NCBI GenBank assembly: GCA_965140705.1
Contig: OZ223300.1
Span: 320,001 to 384,000 of the forward strand
DNA: 64,000 nucleotides
Direction of reading: 5' to 3'
From: an uncultured Arcobacter sp.
GTDB lineage: Bacteria; Campylobacterota; Campylobacteria; Campylobacterales; Arcobacteraceae
Below are positions 37,324-46,513 of this stretch, piece after piece (the first letter of the stretch is position 1; the number at the start of each line of letters is the position of its first letter). The translations under genes and the position numbers were made by a program. The notes below the pieces were generated by a model, which worked only from the letters and a program-made list of their open reading frames with translations, was not told the origin of the DNA and did no database searches.

Positions 37324-37722
37324 CTACTCAAATTTATTTAAGTGGAAAACTAAATCACTATCCATATTTGTCAAATGAAAATCAAACCATTCGGGTAGTT
37401 TTTCTATAAAGTATGATTTCAACATCTTTTTACCAAATATTGAGTGGGAATTTTTTATAAAATATTCCATCTCTGCTAAGGCTTTGTAGTGTTCATCTTT
37501 ATGCTCTTTTATAGTTGGATAATTGTATTTTTCCATAAGAGACTCTTCTTCTTGGAAGTGTTTTTCACTATGAATTAATAATTCTTTTGATGTTTGTATT
37601 ATGCTTTCGAAAGAGTTTATATCAGCACTTGCATATATATCAAGGAACTCTTTATGTAATGTATCTATTTTTTCATGATTAAGTATATGAGTACTTTTAT
37701 TAAATTCTTTGATTTTATTCAT
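37324..37722 (-). CDS. Single-domain bacteriohemerythrin
   Basis: ID.LH, HFQEEE.LM, YP...EHKDEH, W...H....D di-iron ligand pattern. Confidence 0.9.
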   Translation of the reverse strand: MNKIKEFNKSTHILNHEKIDTLHKEFLDIYASADINSFESIIQTSKELLIHSEKHFQEEESLMEKYNYPTIKEHKDEHYKALAEMEYFIKNSHSIFGKKMLKSYFIEKLPEWFDFHLTNMDSDLVFHLNKFE

Positions 37723-37733
37723 ATATTGCTATA

Positions 37734-37750
37734 TGCAAGTTTTATTCCAA
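37734..37750 (-). promoter_or_regulatory. sigma54 (-24/-12) promoter TTGGAAT-AAAAC-TTGCA
   Basis: GG at 37748-37747 and GC at 37736-37735 with N10 spacing; close to the TTGGAAC-N5-TTGC form seen in Campylobacterota. Confidence 0.65.
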
Positions 37751-37795
37751 GTTTTTTATAAGTGATATTTTGCTAAAAAGTTCTAAAGGACAATT

Positions 37796-38488
37796 ATGAA
37801 ATTTGAAAAGCTTTATAGGGGCAAATTAATAAAAAGATATAAAAGATTTTTGGCTGATATTATTTTAGATAGTGGGGAAGAGATAACAGCTCATGTACCA
37901 AATAGTGGTGCGATGACTTCTTGTATAGAAGAGAATTGTCCTGTGTGGGTGACTTTTCATGATAATCCAAAAAGAAAGTTAAAATACACTTTGGAACTAA
38001 CAAAGATGCAGGATATTTTGATTTGTACAAATACAGGTGTTGCTAATAAGATTGCCATAGAGGCCATAAAAAATGGTACTATTAAAGAATTACAAGGATA
38101 TAGTTCTCTTACTCCTGAGCAGAAGTATGGGATAAACTCTAGAATTGATATTTTATTAGAAAATGAAAATGAAAAGTGTTATGTGGAAGTAAAAAGTGTA
38201 AGTTTAAAGTTAAATGATTATTTAGCTTTCCCAGATGCTGTAACTACAAGAGGCAAAAAACATTTAGATGAATTGGTTTCTATGGTAAAAGAAGGGCATA
38301 GAGCTGTGATGTTATATGTTATACAAAGAACTGATAATCTACCTTTTTCAATTGCAAAAGAGATTGACCCAAAATATAATGAAGCTTTAAAAGAGGCTAT
38401 GAATAGTGGTGTTGAGGTCTTAGTTTATCAATCAGATATTACACTTGAAGAGATAAATTTAAAAAAGAAATCATGTTTACAAATATAA
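37796..38488 (+). CDS. sfsA: SfsA family nuclease-like protein
   Basis: RYKRFLAD, HVPNSG.M, VEVKSV, FPDAVTTRGKKHL. Confidence 0.95.
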   Translation: MKFEKLYRGKLIKRYKRFLADIILDSGEEITAHVPNSGAMTSCIEENCPVWVTFHDNPKRKLKYTLELTKMQDILICTNTGVANKIAIEAIKNGTIKELQGYSSLTPEQKYGINSRIDILLENENEKCYVEVKSVSLKLNDYLAFPDAVTTRGKKHLDELVSMVKEGHRAVMLYVIQRTDNLPFSIAKEIDPKYNEALKEAMNSGVEVLVYQSDITLEEINLKKKSCLQI

Positions 38489-38495
38489 GAACTAT

Positions 38496-39560
38496 CTATT
38501 CTAACCTTTTTGCAAAGATATTAGATAAATTCATTACTAAAAAGAGTCTAACTATATGATGAACTGCAATATATGGAACATTTGCACCTACAATAATAGC
38601 TATTAAGTTTATATCTGCTTGTCCACCTGGAGCAAAGGCTAAAAGAATAGACATAATTGGAAAATCAAAAAAATAACTAACAGTTAAAGTAAAAGCTGTT
38701 GTTATACAAGCTAGGATTATAAAGTGACCAAAGGTAGAAAGTAGAGTTTTAATAACTATATCTAACTTTATACCTTTAAAGGTAAATCCAATGATTGTTC
38801 CAAAAATTACTTGCACAAATTTTAGTAATTCATCAGGTGGTCTTGAATCAACAAAACCAATACTAAAAGCAAAAATACTTAGAAACATTGGACCCATTAA
38901 AAAAGCAGCAAAAAGATTTAATTTTTTTCCAATAATTGCACCAATTGTTCCTATACAGACAAGATAAAAAAGCTGTTTTAAATCAATTTGACTTAAGGTT
39001 TCGGTAATAACTTGGTTACCACTTACATCTACATTAAAAATATAATGAATGATAAAAGGTAAGCTTAAAACTATAAATAAAAGTCTAGAAGATTGTACAA
39101 GTGTAATTTTTCTTGTATCAGCTTTTATTTGCTCCCCTAAAATAACAAGTTCAATCAAACCTCCAGGAATAGAGCAAAAGAAGGCAGTTTTTTTATCAAA
39201 ATGTAATATTCTATAATAATAAAACATTCCCAATAAAATTGTGATAATCGTAAAAGGTATAACAAGTAGTAAAGAGAAAAAATAGACATTTAAATAGTTG
39301 AAAATTTCAGGACTAAAAGCACTTCCAATGGTTACCCCTATTATAATTCTTGCTGGGCTAGAAAATATTTTTGGACTTTTTAATGGAAGAGTATCATATC
39401 TTACTGCAAAAGAAGTTGCACAAATAGCACCTAAAAGCCAAGGAATTGGCAAATTTAAATATATGAAAATAAGAGAACCAAAAGCACCAATACAGAGTGT
39501 TAATATTATTTTTAATAAATCATTAATTGCATTTGTAAAGGAAACCTTATTTATATTCAT
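38496..39560 (-). CDS. AbrB-family (putative ammonia monooxygenase-like) membrane protein
   Basis: Duplicated PWLLG / FLMGP and PGG motifs; many TM helices. Confidence 0.85.
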   Translation of the reverse strand: MNINKVSFTNAINDLLKIILTLCIGAFGSLIFIYLNLPIPWLLGAICATSFAVRYDTLPLKSPKIFSSPARIIIGVTIGSAFSPEIFNYLNVYFFSLLLVIPFTIITILLGMFYYYRILHFDKKTAFFCSIPGGLIELVILGEQIKADTRKITLVQSSRLLFIVLSLPFIIHYIFNVDVSGNQVITETLSQIDLKQLFYLVCIGTIGAIIGKKLNLFAAFLMGPMFLSIFAFSIGFVDSRPPDELLKFVQVIFGTIIGFTFKGIKLDIVIKTLLSTFGHFIILACITTAFTLTVSYFFDFPIMSILLAFAPGGQADINLIAIIVGANVPYIAVHHIVRLFLVMNLSNIFAKRLE

Positions 39561-40194
39561 TTATATCCTTATATTCTTTACTAATTTGATCATAAAACTC
39601 TATTGAGCCATCAATTAAATTATAATACCAACCATGAATAGTAATCTCTTTTGTAAGAACTTTTCTTTTTATTGCTGGATAGGTTATCAGATTTTCTAAT
39701 TGGCATATTATAGAGTTTTTTTCTGTTGCTTTATATAAATCTTCTTTGTTTTTACATAGATGTTTAGTTTTTAGGGTCATATCCTTTGCTTTTTTACCCA
39801 ACTCTAACCATTTTCTTATATTTATATAATCATCTGTATCTGGAATATCTTCATATAAACTTTGGCAAGCTCCACAATATGAATGTCCACAAACAATTAT
39901 ATTTGATACTTTTAAGACTGAAACTGCATATTCTATAGCAGAAGCATTACCATGAAAGTCACCATTTGCACTATATGGAGGTACAAAATTGCCTATGTTT
40001 CTAAGGGTAAATAAATCACCTGGTTTATTTCCTACCATAAAATCAGTTGTTATTCTACTATCGCAACAACTTATAAATAAAATCTCAGGTTTCTGACCAT
40101 TTGTGATTAGTTCATTAAGGTCATCTTTAAATTCTTCAAAATGATATTTACGAAATAACTTATTACCTCGTATTAAATTTTTTATTGGATTCAT
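39547..40194 (-). CDS. Beta-class carbonic anhydrase
   Basis: CCDSR, RNIGN, IEYAV, CGHSYCG zinc motifs. Confidence 0.95.
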   Translation of the reverse strand: MNPIKNLIRGNKLFRKYHFEEFKDDLNELITNGQKPEILFISCCDSRITTDFMVGNKPGDLFTLRNIGNFVPPYSANGDFHGNASAIEYAVSVLKVSNIIVCGHSYCGACQSLYEDIPDTDDYINIRKWLELGKKAKDMTLKTKHLCKNKEDLYKATEKNSIICQLENLITYPAIKRKVLTKEITIHGWYYNLIDGSIEFYDQISKEYKDINEYK

Positions 40195-40236
40195 AAAATA
40201 TGATATCTATAAAAAATGTAATTAAAATCAAATTAT

Positions 40237-42408
40237 TTATATCTCTATTGAGAATACAGCTCCATTAATAGAATTTTTTACTCTAATTGTTCCGTTCATT
40301 TTTTCTTCAATAATCATTTTTGTCATATATAGTCCAATACCTGTACCATATTCATATTTTGTAGTGAAGTAAGGATCAAAAATTTTATTTATAATAGTAT
40401 CCTCTATTCCACCTGCATTATCTTCAATATGTAAGCATAACTTTTCATTTTTTTGTGCATAAATTTTTATTTGTGGATTTTCGATATTTTTTTCTAATAA
40501 AATATCTTTTGCATTTGATATTATATTCATGATTGCTTGGGAATACTCATTTTTATAACCATCAATTTTATAATCTTCTTCAATGTCAATAATAAGTTCT
40601 ATATGGTGAAAGGTAAGAGTGGATTTTACTATTTTTAGTGCATTCTCTATTGCTTCATTTAAATAAAAGAGTTCTTTTTTTGAATTTGGATTAAAAAAAT
40701 TTCTAAAATCATCAATTGTTTTTGACATATATTCAAGTAAATCATTTGCTTCATCAACTCTATTTTGAAGATATTTTTTATCTAATTCTTTATAATCATA
40801 AGCAGATTCAATATCAAAAAATAGCCCTGAAACTTGAGATAAAGGTTGCCTCCATTGGTGGGCTATATTACCTATCATTTCACCCATTGCTGCCATTTTT
40901 GATTTTTGGATTAATATATTTTGTTGTTTTACTTTTTCTTCTTTTAGAAGTGTTCTCTCTGTAATATCCCTCAAAGAAGCAAATAATAAATTTTGCTTTT
41001 CATAGGAATAAATAATTGCATTTAGTTCTATCGTTCTTGTTTGTTTATCTCTTGTAAATAATTTTACTGTTTTAACTAAAGATTTTGATTGTTTAATCTC
41101 TTCTAAACTCAATTGATCAAATAAGTTAAAAAAGTCTTTATATAATATTTCATTTGACTCATAACCTATAGTTTTAAGGGCAGTACTATTTAAACTTAAA
41201 ATACGAGTACTATTATTGATTATTTCAGAGATTATAAAACCATCATTACTATAGTTAAAAAGTAAAGCATATTTCTCTTCATTTTGTTTAACTCTTTTTC
41301 TATATTGTTCAAAAAGCTCTTCTATTTTTCTTGTAAATAGTAGTGAAAAGAAGAAAAAGACTATAGTCATAACTATAATGATGATGATTAGTTTTATTAT
41401 ATTTTTATAAAGGTTATCCAAAGATATTTTAGTTTCTTTTTTAACTATTTGATTGATATTTGATAGGTTTACTCCAACAGCTATAAAATATCTATACTCT
41501 TTGATAAACGTAGCATAAAACAGTTTTTGATCATAGTCATAATAAGTTGCTTCATTTGCTTTATAATTTGTTTTTATAAGAAGTTCTTTTACTGCTTCAA
41601 GCTCTTTATTTGAAGTTATTATGTTTTTTTGTATTAGAAGTTTACTTTCATGCATAATATCATTTAAACTATTTATTTTATAAATAAAAATAAACTCATC
41701 ATTATTGAAACCTTGTAAGGTGATTTTTTTTAGAAGTTTATCTGTTAATTCCACATGATTACTCTCTAAATTACTTGCAGAACCTATTATTAGACCCAAC
41801 TCTTTTAGATGTCTTGAATAAGTAATTCTTTTGTTTGGTCTGTACCAATTATAGTCCAAGAAGTTTTGAGTATTGGGATTTGCATTTATCATTTTGTTTA
41901 TAAATTTTACCCCATCCAAATCTTCAAAATCAAGAAAATTTATTCCTTCATTTTTAGGATAATCAGTATTTAAAAGTAGAGTTCCTTTTGTATTTAAAAT
42001 AAAGTAATTAATATCATTTTTTTCTTGGGCAATCTCTTTTAATGATTTTTTTATTAGATCTATTTGTTCTGCTTTTGATAGATTTTTTGTAGATTTATAT
42101 AAAGAATAGGCTAGATTATATGCGATGATTGATTGGTTTTTTATTCTTTGCTTTTTACTATTTATTATTGAAAGAGATTCAAAATCTATGTCATTTTTAA
42201 GATTTTGAACGGATGTTTTTATATAAAACATCTCCCTTTCTATTAAGGTATTTTTGAAACTTTTTATATGGGTTCTAAAATTACTATATTCGGTTTTTAT
42301 AAGAACTATACCAATTATAGTTGCAACAAGTAAGATAATAATTGTAGAACTGAGTAAAGTAGTCTTTTTTATTCCTTGTTCTACTGTTTGATTATAGTTA
42401 TTTTTCAA
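40237..42408 (-). CDS. Sensor histidine kinase (Cache-like periplasmic region plus PAS)
   Basis: Two TMs, IAHQWRQP H-box, DNAGG, YFTTK, GTGIGL. Confidence 0.92.
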   Translation of the reverse strand: MKNNYNQTVEQGIKKTTLLSSTIIILLVATIIGIVLIKTEYSNFRTHIKSFKNTLIEREMFYIKTSVQNLKNDIDFESLSIINSKKQRIKNQSIIAYNLAYSLYKSTKNLSKAEQIDLIKKSLKEIAQEKNDINYFILNTKGTLLLNTDYPKNEGINFLDFEDLDGVKFINKMINANPNTQNFLDYNWYRPNKRITYSRHLKELGLIIGSASNLESNHVELTDKLLKKITLQGFNNDEFIFIYKINSLNDIMHESKLLIQKNIITSNKELEAVKELLIKTNYKANEATYYDYDQKLFYATFIKEYRYFIAVGVNLSNINQIVKKETKISLDNLYKNIIKLIIIIIVMTIVFFFFSLLFTRKIEELFEQYRKRVKQNEEKYALLFNYSNDGFIISEIINNSTRILSLNSTALKTIGYESNEILYKDFFNLFDQLSLEEIKQSKSLVKTVKLFTRDKQTRTIELNAIIYSYEKQNLLFASLRDITERTLLKEEKVKQQNILIQKSKMAAMGEMIGNIAHQWRQPLSQVSGLFFDIESAYDYKELDKKYLQNRVDEANDLLEYMSKTIDDFRNFFNPNSKKELFYLNEAIENALKIVKSTLTFHHIELIIDIEEDYKIDGYKNEYSQAIMNIISNAKDILLEKNIENPQIKIYAQKNEKLCLHIEDNAGGIEDTIINKIFDPYFTTKYEYGTGIGLYMTKMIIEEKMNGTIRVKNSINGAVFSIEI

Positions 42409-43078
42409 GATTTAGTTTGTACCCCATATTTGAAATATTTTTAATACAATTAAATGGAATCTTTTTCCGTAAAAATCCAAGGGAAGTTCGTAGAGAATTT
42501 AAACTCATATATTCTCCATCCCAAACATGTTGTTCAATCTCTTCATAAGATACCACTCTATTTTTGTTCAATACTAAAAGTTTTAAAAATAACAACTCTT
42601 TTTTTGTGAGATTGATTACTTGACCTTTATTATAAAATAAAGAAGTATTGTTGTCAAAATAAAATTCATCACCTAAAGTGATTTTAAAATCTTTCTCTTT
42701 TTCTAAGGCTTCAACTGCCTTTGAAAGGGCTGGAAGGAGGTTTCTACTTGTAAGGGGTTTGATAATATATTTTTCTAGGTTTAATTCAATGGCATCCAAT
42801 AAATAACTTTTTTCACTAAATGCTGTTGAAATTATGATTTTTGTAGTTGTGTCTTTTTGTCTGATTTTTTTTGCTAAAGATATACCATCAAGTTTTGGCA
42901 TCTTTATATCTGTTAGAATAATATCTGGATGATATTTTTTATAAAGTTCGTAACCTTCTTCTCCATCTTTTGCTTCGTATAGTTCATTGAACATACGATT
43001 TAAAAATCGGGAATTGATAGTTCTTACCCCTTCGTCATCCTCAATATATAAAATAGTATATTTTTTAAAATCATCCAT
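42398..43078 (-). CDS. OmpR-family response regulator
   Basis: IEDD, TDIKMP, KP, winged-helix C-terminus. Confidence 0.92.
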   Translation of the reverse strand: MDDFKKYTILYIEDDEGVRTINSRFLNRMFNELYEAKDGEEGYELYKKYHPDIILTDIKMPKLDGISLAKKIRQKDTTTKIIISTAFSEKSYLLDAIELNLEKYIIKPLTSRNLLPALSKAVEALEKEKDFKITLGDEFYFDNNTSLFYNKGQVINLTKKELLFLKLLVLNKNRVVSYEEIEQHVWDGEYMSLNSLRTSLGFLRKKIPFNCIKNISNMGYKLNLEK

Positions 43079-43107
43079 TACTACCTCTTTTAAAAGAAAA
43101 GAGAAAC

Positions 43108-44625
43108 TTAATTCTCTTTTTTCTTTCTAATTTTAGCTGAAAATTCCCCAAATAAAGGAACTAATAATAAAATTACTGTGATGATTAGTATTGATAAAGT
43201 AATAGGTCTTTCCCATAAAAATGATAAAGAACCATCACTAATGGTCAATGCTCTTCTTAAATTATTTTCCATCATTCCACCTAAAATAAAACCTAAAATC
43301 ATAGGTGCCATTGGAAAATCAACGATTCTTAAAAATAGTGCAACAACTGCAAATATTGTCATCATATAAATATCAAAGTTATTAAATGTAACCAAATAAA
43401 CCCCAACAAGAGAGAAAAATATAATCAATGGCAACAATAACTGTTTAGGCAATGTTAACAATTTCGCAATATATGGAATCAAAGGTAAATTTAAAACTAA
43501 AAGAACAAGGTTACCAATATACATAGAAATAATAACTGACCAAAATAATTCTGGATTATCCACATACATAGTAGGTCCTGGTTGAATTCCATAAGAAATT
43601 AAAGCACCTAAAATAATAGCAGTAGTTCCAGACCCTGGAATACCTAACGTAAGTAAAGGTACAAAAGAACCAGAACAAGCTGCGTTGTTAGCACTTTCAG
43701 GAGCTGCAAGTCCTTTAATACTTCCTTTTCCAAAGTTTAGTTTTTCTTTCACACTTGCAATAGATCTCTCCATCCCATAAGCCAAAAATGAAGCAATTGT
43801 TGCACCTGCTCCTGGAAGAACTCCAACAAAGAATCCCAGCACAGAAGATCTACCAATAGTTGGAACCATCTCTTTTACTTCTTCACGTGTAAGTTTTAGA
43901 CTTCCAATATCTTTTTTAAGTTCTTCCTCTTCCTCTTTTGTTGTTTCATGGCTTTCTAAAACATTCATTAAGGCTTCAGATAAAGCAAAGGCTGCCATTG
44001 CTAAAAGCAAAAATGAGATTCCATCAATCAAATCTAATCTTCCAAAAGTAAATCTAGCAATACCAGAATCAGAATCACTTCCAACAGTTGCTAACATAAG
44101 ACCAAAGACAGTCATAATAGCAGCTTTTAGAAACTTACCTTTCCCCGCAAAGGCTGCAACTGCTGTAAGACCTAATACCATTAAGGCAAAATAATCAGAT
44201 GATTGGAAACTTAAACTAACAGATGCTAAAGCAGGTGCTGCAAAAAGTAAGAATATAGCTGCAATTGTTCCACCAGAAAACGAAGAGTAAGCAGCGATTG
44301 CTAAAGCTTTTCCTGCATGACCATTTTTTGCCATTGGGTAACCGTCAAATGATGAAGCAACTGTTCCTGCAACTCCCGGAGCATTAATTAATATAGATGA
44401 AGTAGAACCACCAAATATAGCACCGTAATAAACACCTGCAATCAAAATAAGTCCAGAAGAAGGATCCATCCCATAAGTAATAGGAATCATCAAGGCAATT
44501 GCAGAGATTGGTCCCAATCCTGGAAGCATACCAATAAAAGTACCAGCAAAACATCCAATTGCTACCATTAGGATATTGTAAGCGCTAAGAGCTGTTCCTG
44601 CTCCTTGTAATATACCATCTAACAT
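43108..44625 (-). CDS. tctA: Tripartite tricarboxylate transporter large subunit
   Basis: GMLPGLG, YYGAIFGG, PESANNA, LTLGIPG, PGP motifs. Confidence 0.95.
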   Translation of the reverse strand: MLDGILQGAGTALSAYNILMVAIGCFAGTFIGMLPGLGPISAIALMIPITYGMDPSSGLILIAGVYYGAIFGGSTSSILINAPGVAGTVASSFDGYPMAKNGHAGKALAIAAYSSFSGGTIAAIFLLFAAPALASVSLSFQSSDYFALMVLGLTAVAAFAGKGKFLKAAIMTVFGLMLATVGSDSDSGIARFTFGRLDLIDGISFLLLAMAAFALSEALMNVLESHETTKEEEEELKKDIGSLKLTREEVKEMVPTIGRSSVLGFFVGVLPGAGATIASFLAYGMERSIASVKEKLNFGKGSIKGLAAPESANNAACSGSFVPLLTLGIPGSGTTAIILGALISYGIQPGPTMYVDNPELFWSVIISMYIGNLVLLVLNLPLIPYIAKLLTLPKQLLLPLIIFFSLVGVYLVTFNNFDIYMMTIFAVVALFLRIVDFPMAPMILGFILGGMMENNLRRALTISDGSLSFLWERPITLSILIITVILLLVPLFGEFSAKIRKKKEN

Positions 44626-45107
44626 TAGTTAACTCCTAACAATTTATTGATAAAGTCGCCTGCATCTATATATACACCTAAAACATTGTTTAGTAATAGA
44701 TAAAATCCTACAGATACGCCAACTGAAATTAAAAATATTCTTTTTATATTTCTCTCTTTTAAAATAAAAAATCCTATTGCTAAAAATATCATTGTAGAAA
44801 AGATAAAACCTAAAGGTCTTATTGTAAAACCATAAAAAATCATTAACAAAATAAAAAATGTAGTAGTTTTTAAATCTAGACTTCTTAGATATGTCAAAGA
44901 TAGGTTTTCTTTGTCTTTTTCTAATAGTGATAAAACTAATAATATCACTGATATAATAATTCCTGTTAATCCAATATAATAAGGAAATGTAGAGGCAGTC
45001 ATAACTTCAAACTGCGCCATTGGCATCTTTTTTATACTAAATACAGAATAAAAATAGAAACTTGAAAAAGCTAAAAAAAATATTGAGCCTATTGTATTTT
45101 TTGTCAT
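44625..45107 (-). CDS. tctB: Tripartite tricarboxylate transporter small subunit
   Basis: Four TM helices between tctC and tctA; start reassigned to ATG 45107 after an AAGGA SD. Confidence 0.85.
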   Translation of the reverse strand: MTKNTIGSIFFLAFSSFYFYSVFSIKKMPMAQFEVMTASTFPYYIGLTGIIISVILLVLSLLEKDKENLSLTYLRSLDLKTTTFFILLMIFYGFTIRPLGFIFSTMIFLAIGFFILKERNIKRIFLISVGVSVGFYLLLNNVLGVYIDAGDFINKLLGVN

Positions 45108-45121
45108 TTGTTGTCCTTTAT

Positions 45122-45147
45122 ATAAATAGAGCAAAAGCTCTATTTAT
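45122..45147 (-). other. Intercistronic hairpin between tctC and tctB
   Basis: ATAAATAGAGC-aaaa-GCTCTATTTAT perfect 11-bp stem. Confidence 0.6.
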
Positions 45148-45148
45148 C

Positions 45149-46120
45149 CTATAGAAATCCCATTTCTTTCATCAAAGATGAGATCGTTTTTTCTTGATTT
45201 TCTAGGAATGTTTTGAATTGAGTAGTTGGTTTATATAGATTTGCCCAACCATTTCTTGCTCTAACTGTTTCCCACTCTTTTGTTTTGTACATGTCTCCAA
45301 GAACTTTTGCAAAAGCATCGATTTTTTCTTGTGGTAAGTTTGGTGCTCCAAAAAATCCTCTCCAGTTTGCAAAGTATGCATCAACACCCATACTTTTGAA
45401 ACTTGGGATTCCATCAATTGACTCATCAGAAGTAATACCTATGATTCTTACTTCACCTTTTTTATGTTTTTCTAAAACTTCTCCAAGTCCTGTTGATAAA
45501 ACATCAACTTCTCCAGTTAATAATCCTGCAAGTGCTTTCCCACCTGCATCATAAGGAACATATCTTACATTTGTTGGGTTCCCTCCTGCTGCCTTAAAGA
45601 TTTGTGCAGCCACAAGATGATCCATACTTCCCCTTGAACTTCCACCAGCAATTTTTACTTTTCTTGGATTTTTGTCAAAAGCTGCTTTTACATCAGCCCA
45701 AGTTTTATATTTAGAGTCAGCTCTTACAACTAAAGCTCCATAATCAGCAACAACAGCTGAGATTAGAGATAGGTCTCTAAATGATTGAGGAAATACACCT
45801 TGTAATGATCTAATTACAATAGGAGTTGAATTTACCATCAAGGTATCTTGTTGTTTATCAGCAGTTTCTATTAAGTAAGCGATAGCTTTTCCTCCACCAC
45901 CTCCTGACATATTTTCAAAAGATGTTTCATCAACTAAACCAGATTTTTTAAGAGCTTCCCCAACTCCTCTAGCAGTTCCATCCCAACCACCACCGGCACC
46001 ACCAGGGATTAGGAAATGGATTTTTTCAATTTCTGAAGCAACAGAAGTCATAGCTAACCCAGCAACTAGGCAACTTGCCAATGCAACATTTTTGCAAATT
46101 TTTGAGATTTGTAATTTCAT
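45149..46120 (-). CDS. tctC: Tripartite tricarboxylate transporter substrate-binding protein
   Basis: Signal peptide, PGGAGGGWD..AR, N.SGGGG, NWRG motifs (Bug family). Confidence 0.93.
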   Translation of the reverse strand: MKLQISKICKNVALASCLVAGLAMTSVASEIEKIHFLIPGGAGGGWDGTARGVGEALKKSGLVDETSFENMSGGGGGKAIAYLIETADKQQDTLMVNSTPIVIRSLQGVFPQSFRDLSLISAVVADYGALVVRADSKYKTWADVKAAFDKNPRKVKIAGGSSRGSMDHLVAAQIFKAAGGNPTNVRYVPYDAGGKALAGLLTGEVDVLSTGLGEVLEKHKKGEVRIIGITSDESIDGIPSFKSMGVDAYFANWRGFFGAPNLPQEKIDAFAKVLGDMYKTKEWETVRARNGWANLYKPTTQFKTFLENQEKTISSLMKEMGFL

Positions 46121-46235
46121 TTTTCGTCCTTTGTTTATTTCTATTTTAATGTTAAATGAAAAAAATGTAAGAAAAATAAAATAAGTATTTATTTTGGGAA
46201 TTTTCTAAAAGACAAATATAGGGGAAATTTTGGGC

Positions 46236-46308
46236 AAAAAAAAAGAGGCTTCGCGGACCTCTTTTTTTAGGGAGAACAAATGAAAAAAGACGTTCGTATT
46301 CGTCTTGT
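46236..46308 (-). ncRNA. Candidate sibling sRNA 1 (about 73 nt)
   Basis: -10 TATACT at 46320-46315, 5' hairpin AAGACG/CGUCUU, CU-rich linker CAUUUGUUCUCCCU, GAGG/CCUC terminator with U9; second copy 210 bp away. Confidence 0.65.
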
Positions 46309-46445
46309 AAAGAAAGTATAACGGTTTATGATAAATGAATAAACAATAAATGGTTAACAAAAAGATAACTTGACTAAAAGTTTATAAATTTGTAAAAAAT
46401 GCAGTAGGGTTTGAAAATAGATTTTGAGTTTGTATATTTTTGGGC

Positions 46446-46513
46446 AAAAAAAAAGAGGCTTCGCGGACCTCTTTCTTTAGGAGAACAAATGAAGACGTTC
46501 GTATTCGTCTTAT
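46446..46513 (-). ncRNA. Candidate sibling sRNA 2 (about 68 nt)
   Basis: Extended -10 TGtTATAAT at 46528-46520; same hairpin, linker and terminator as copy 1. Confidence 0.65.
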
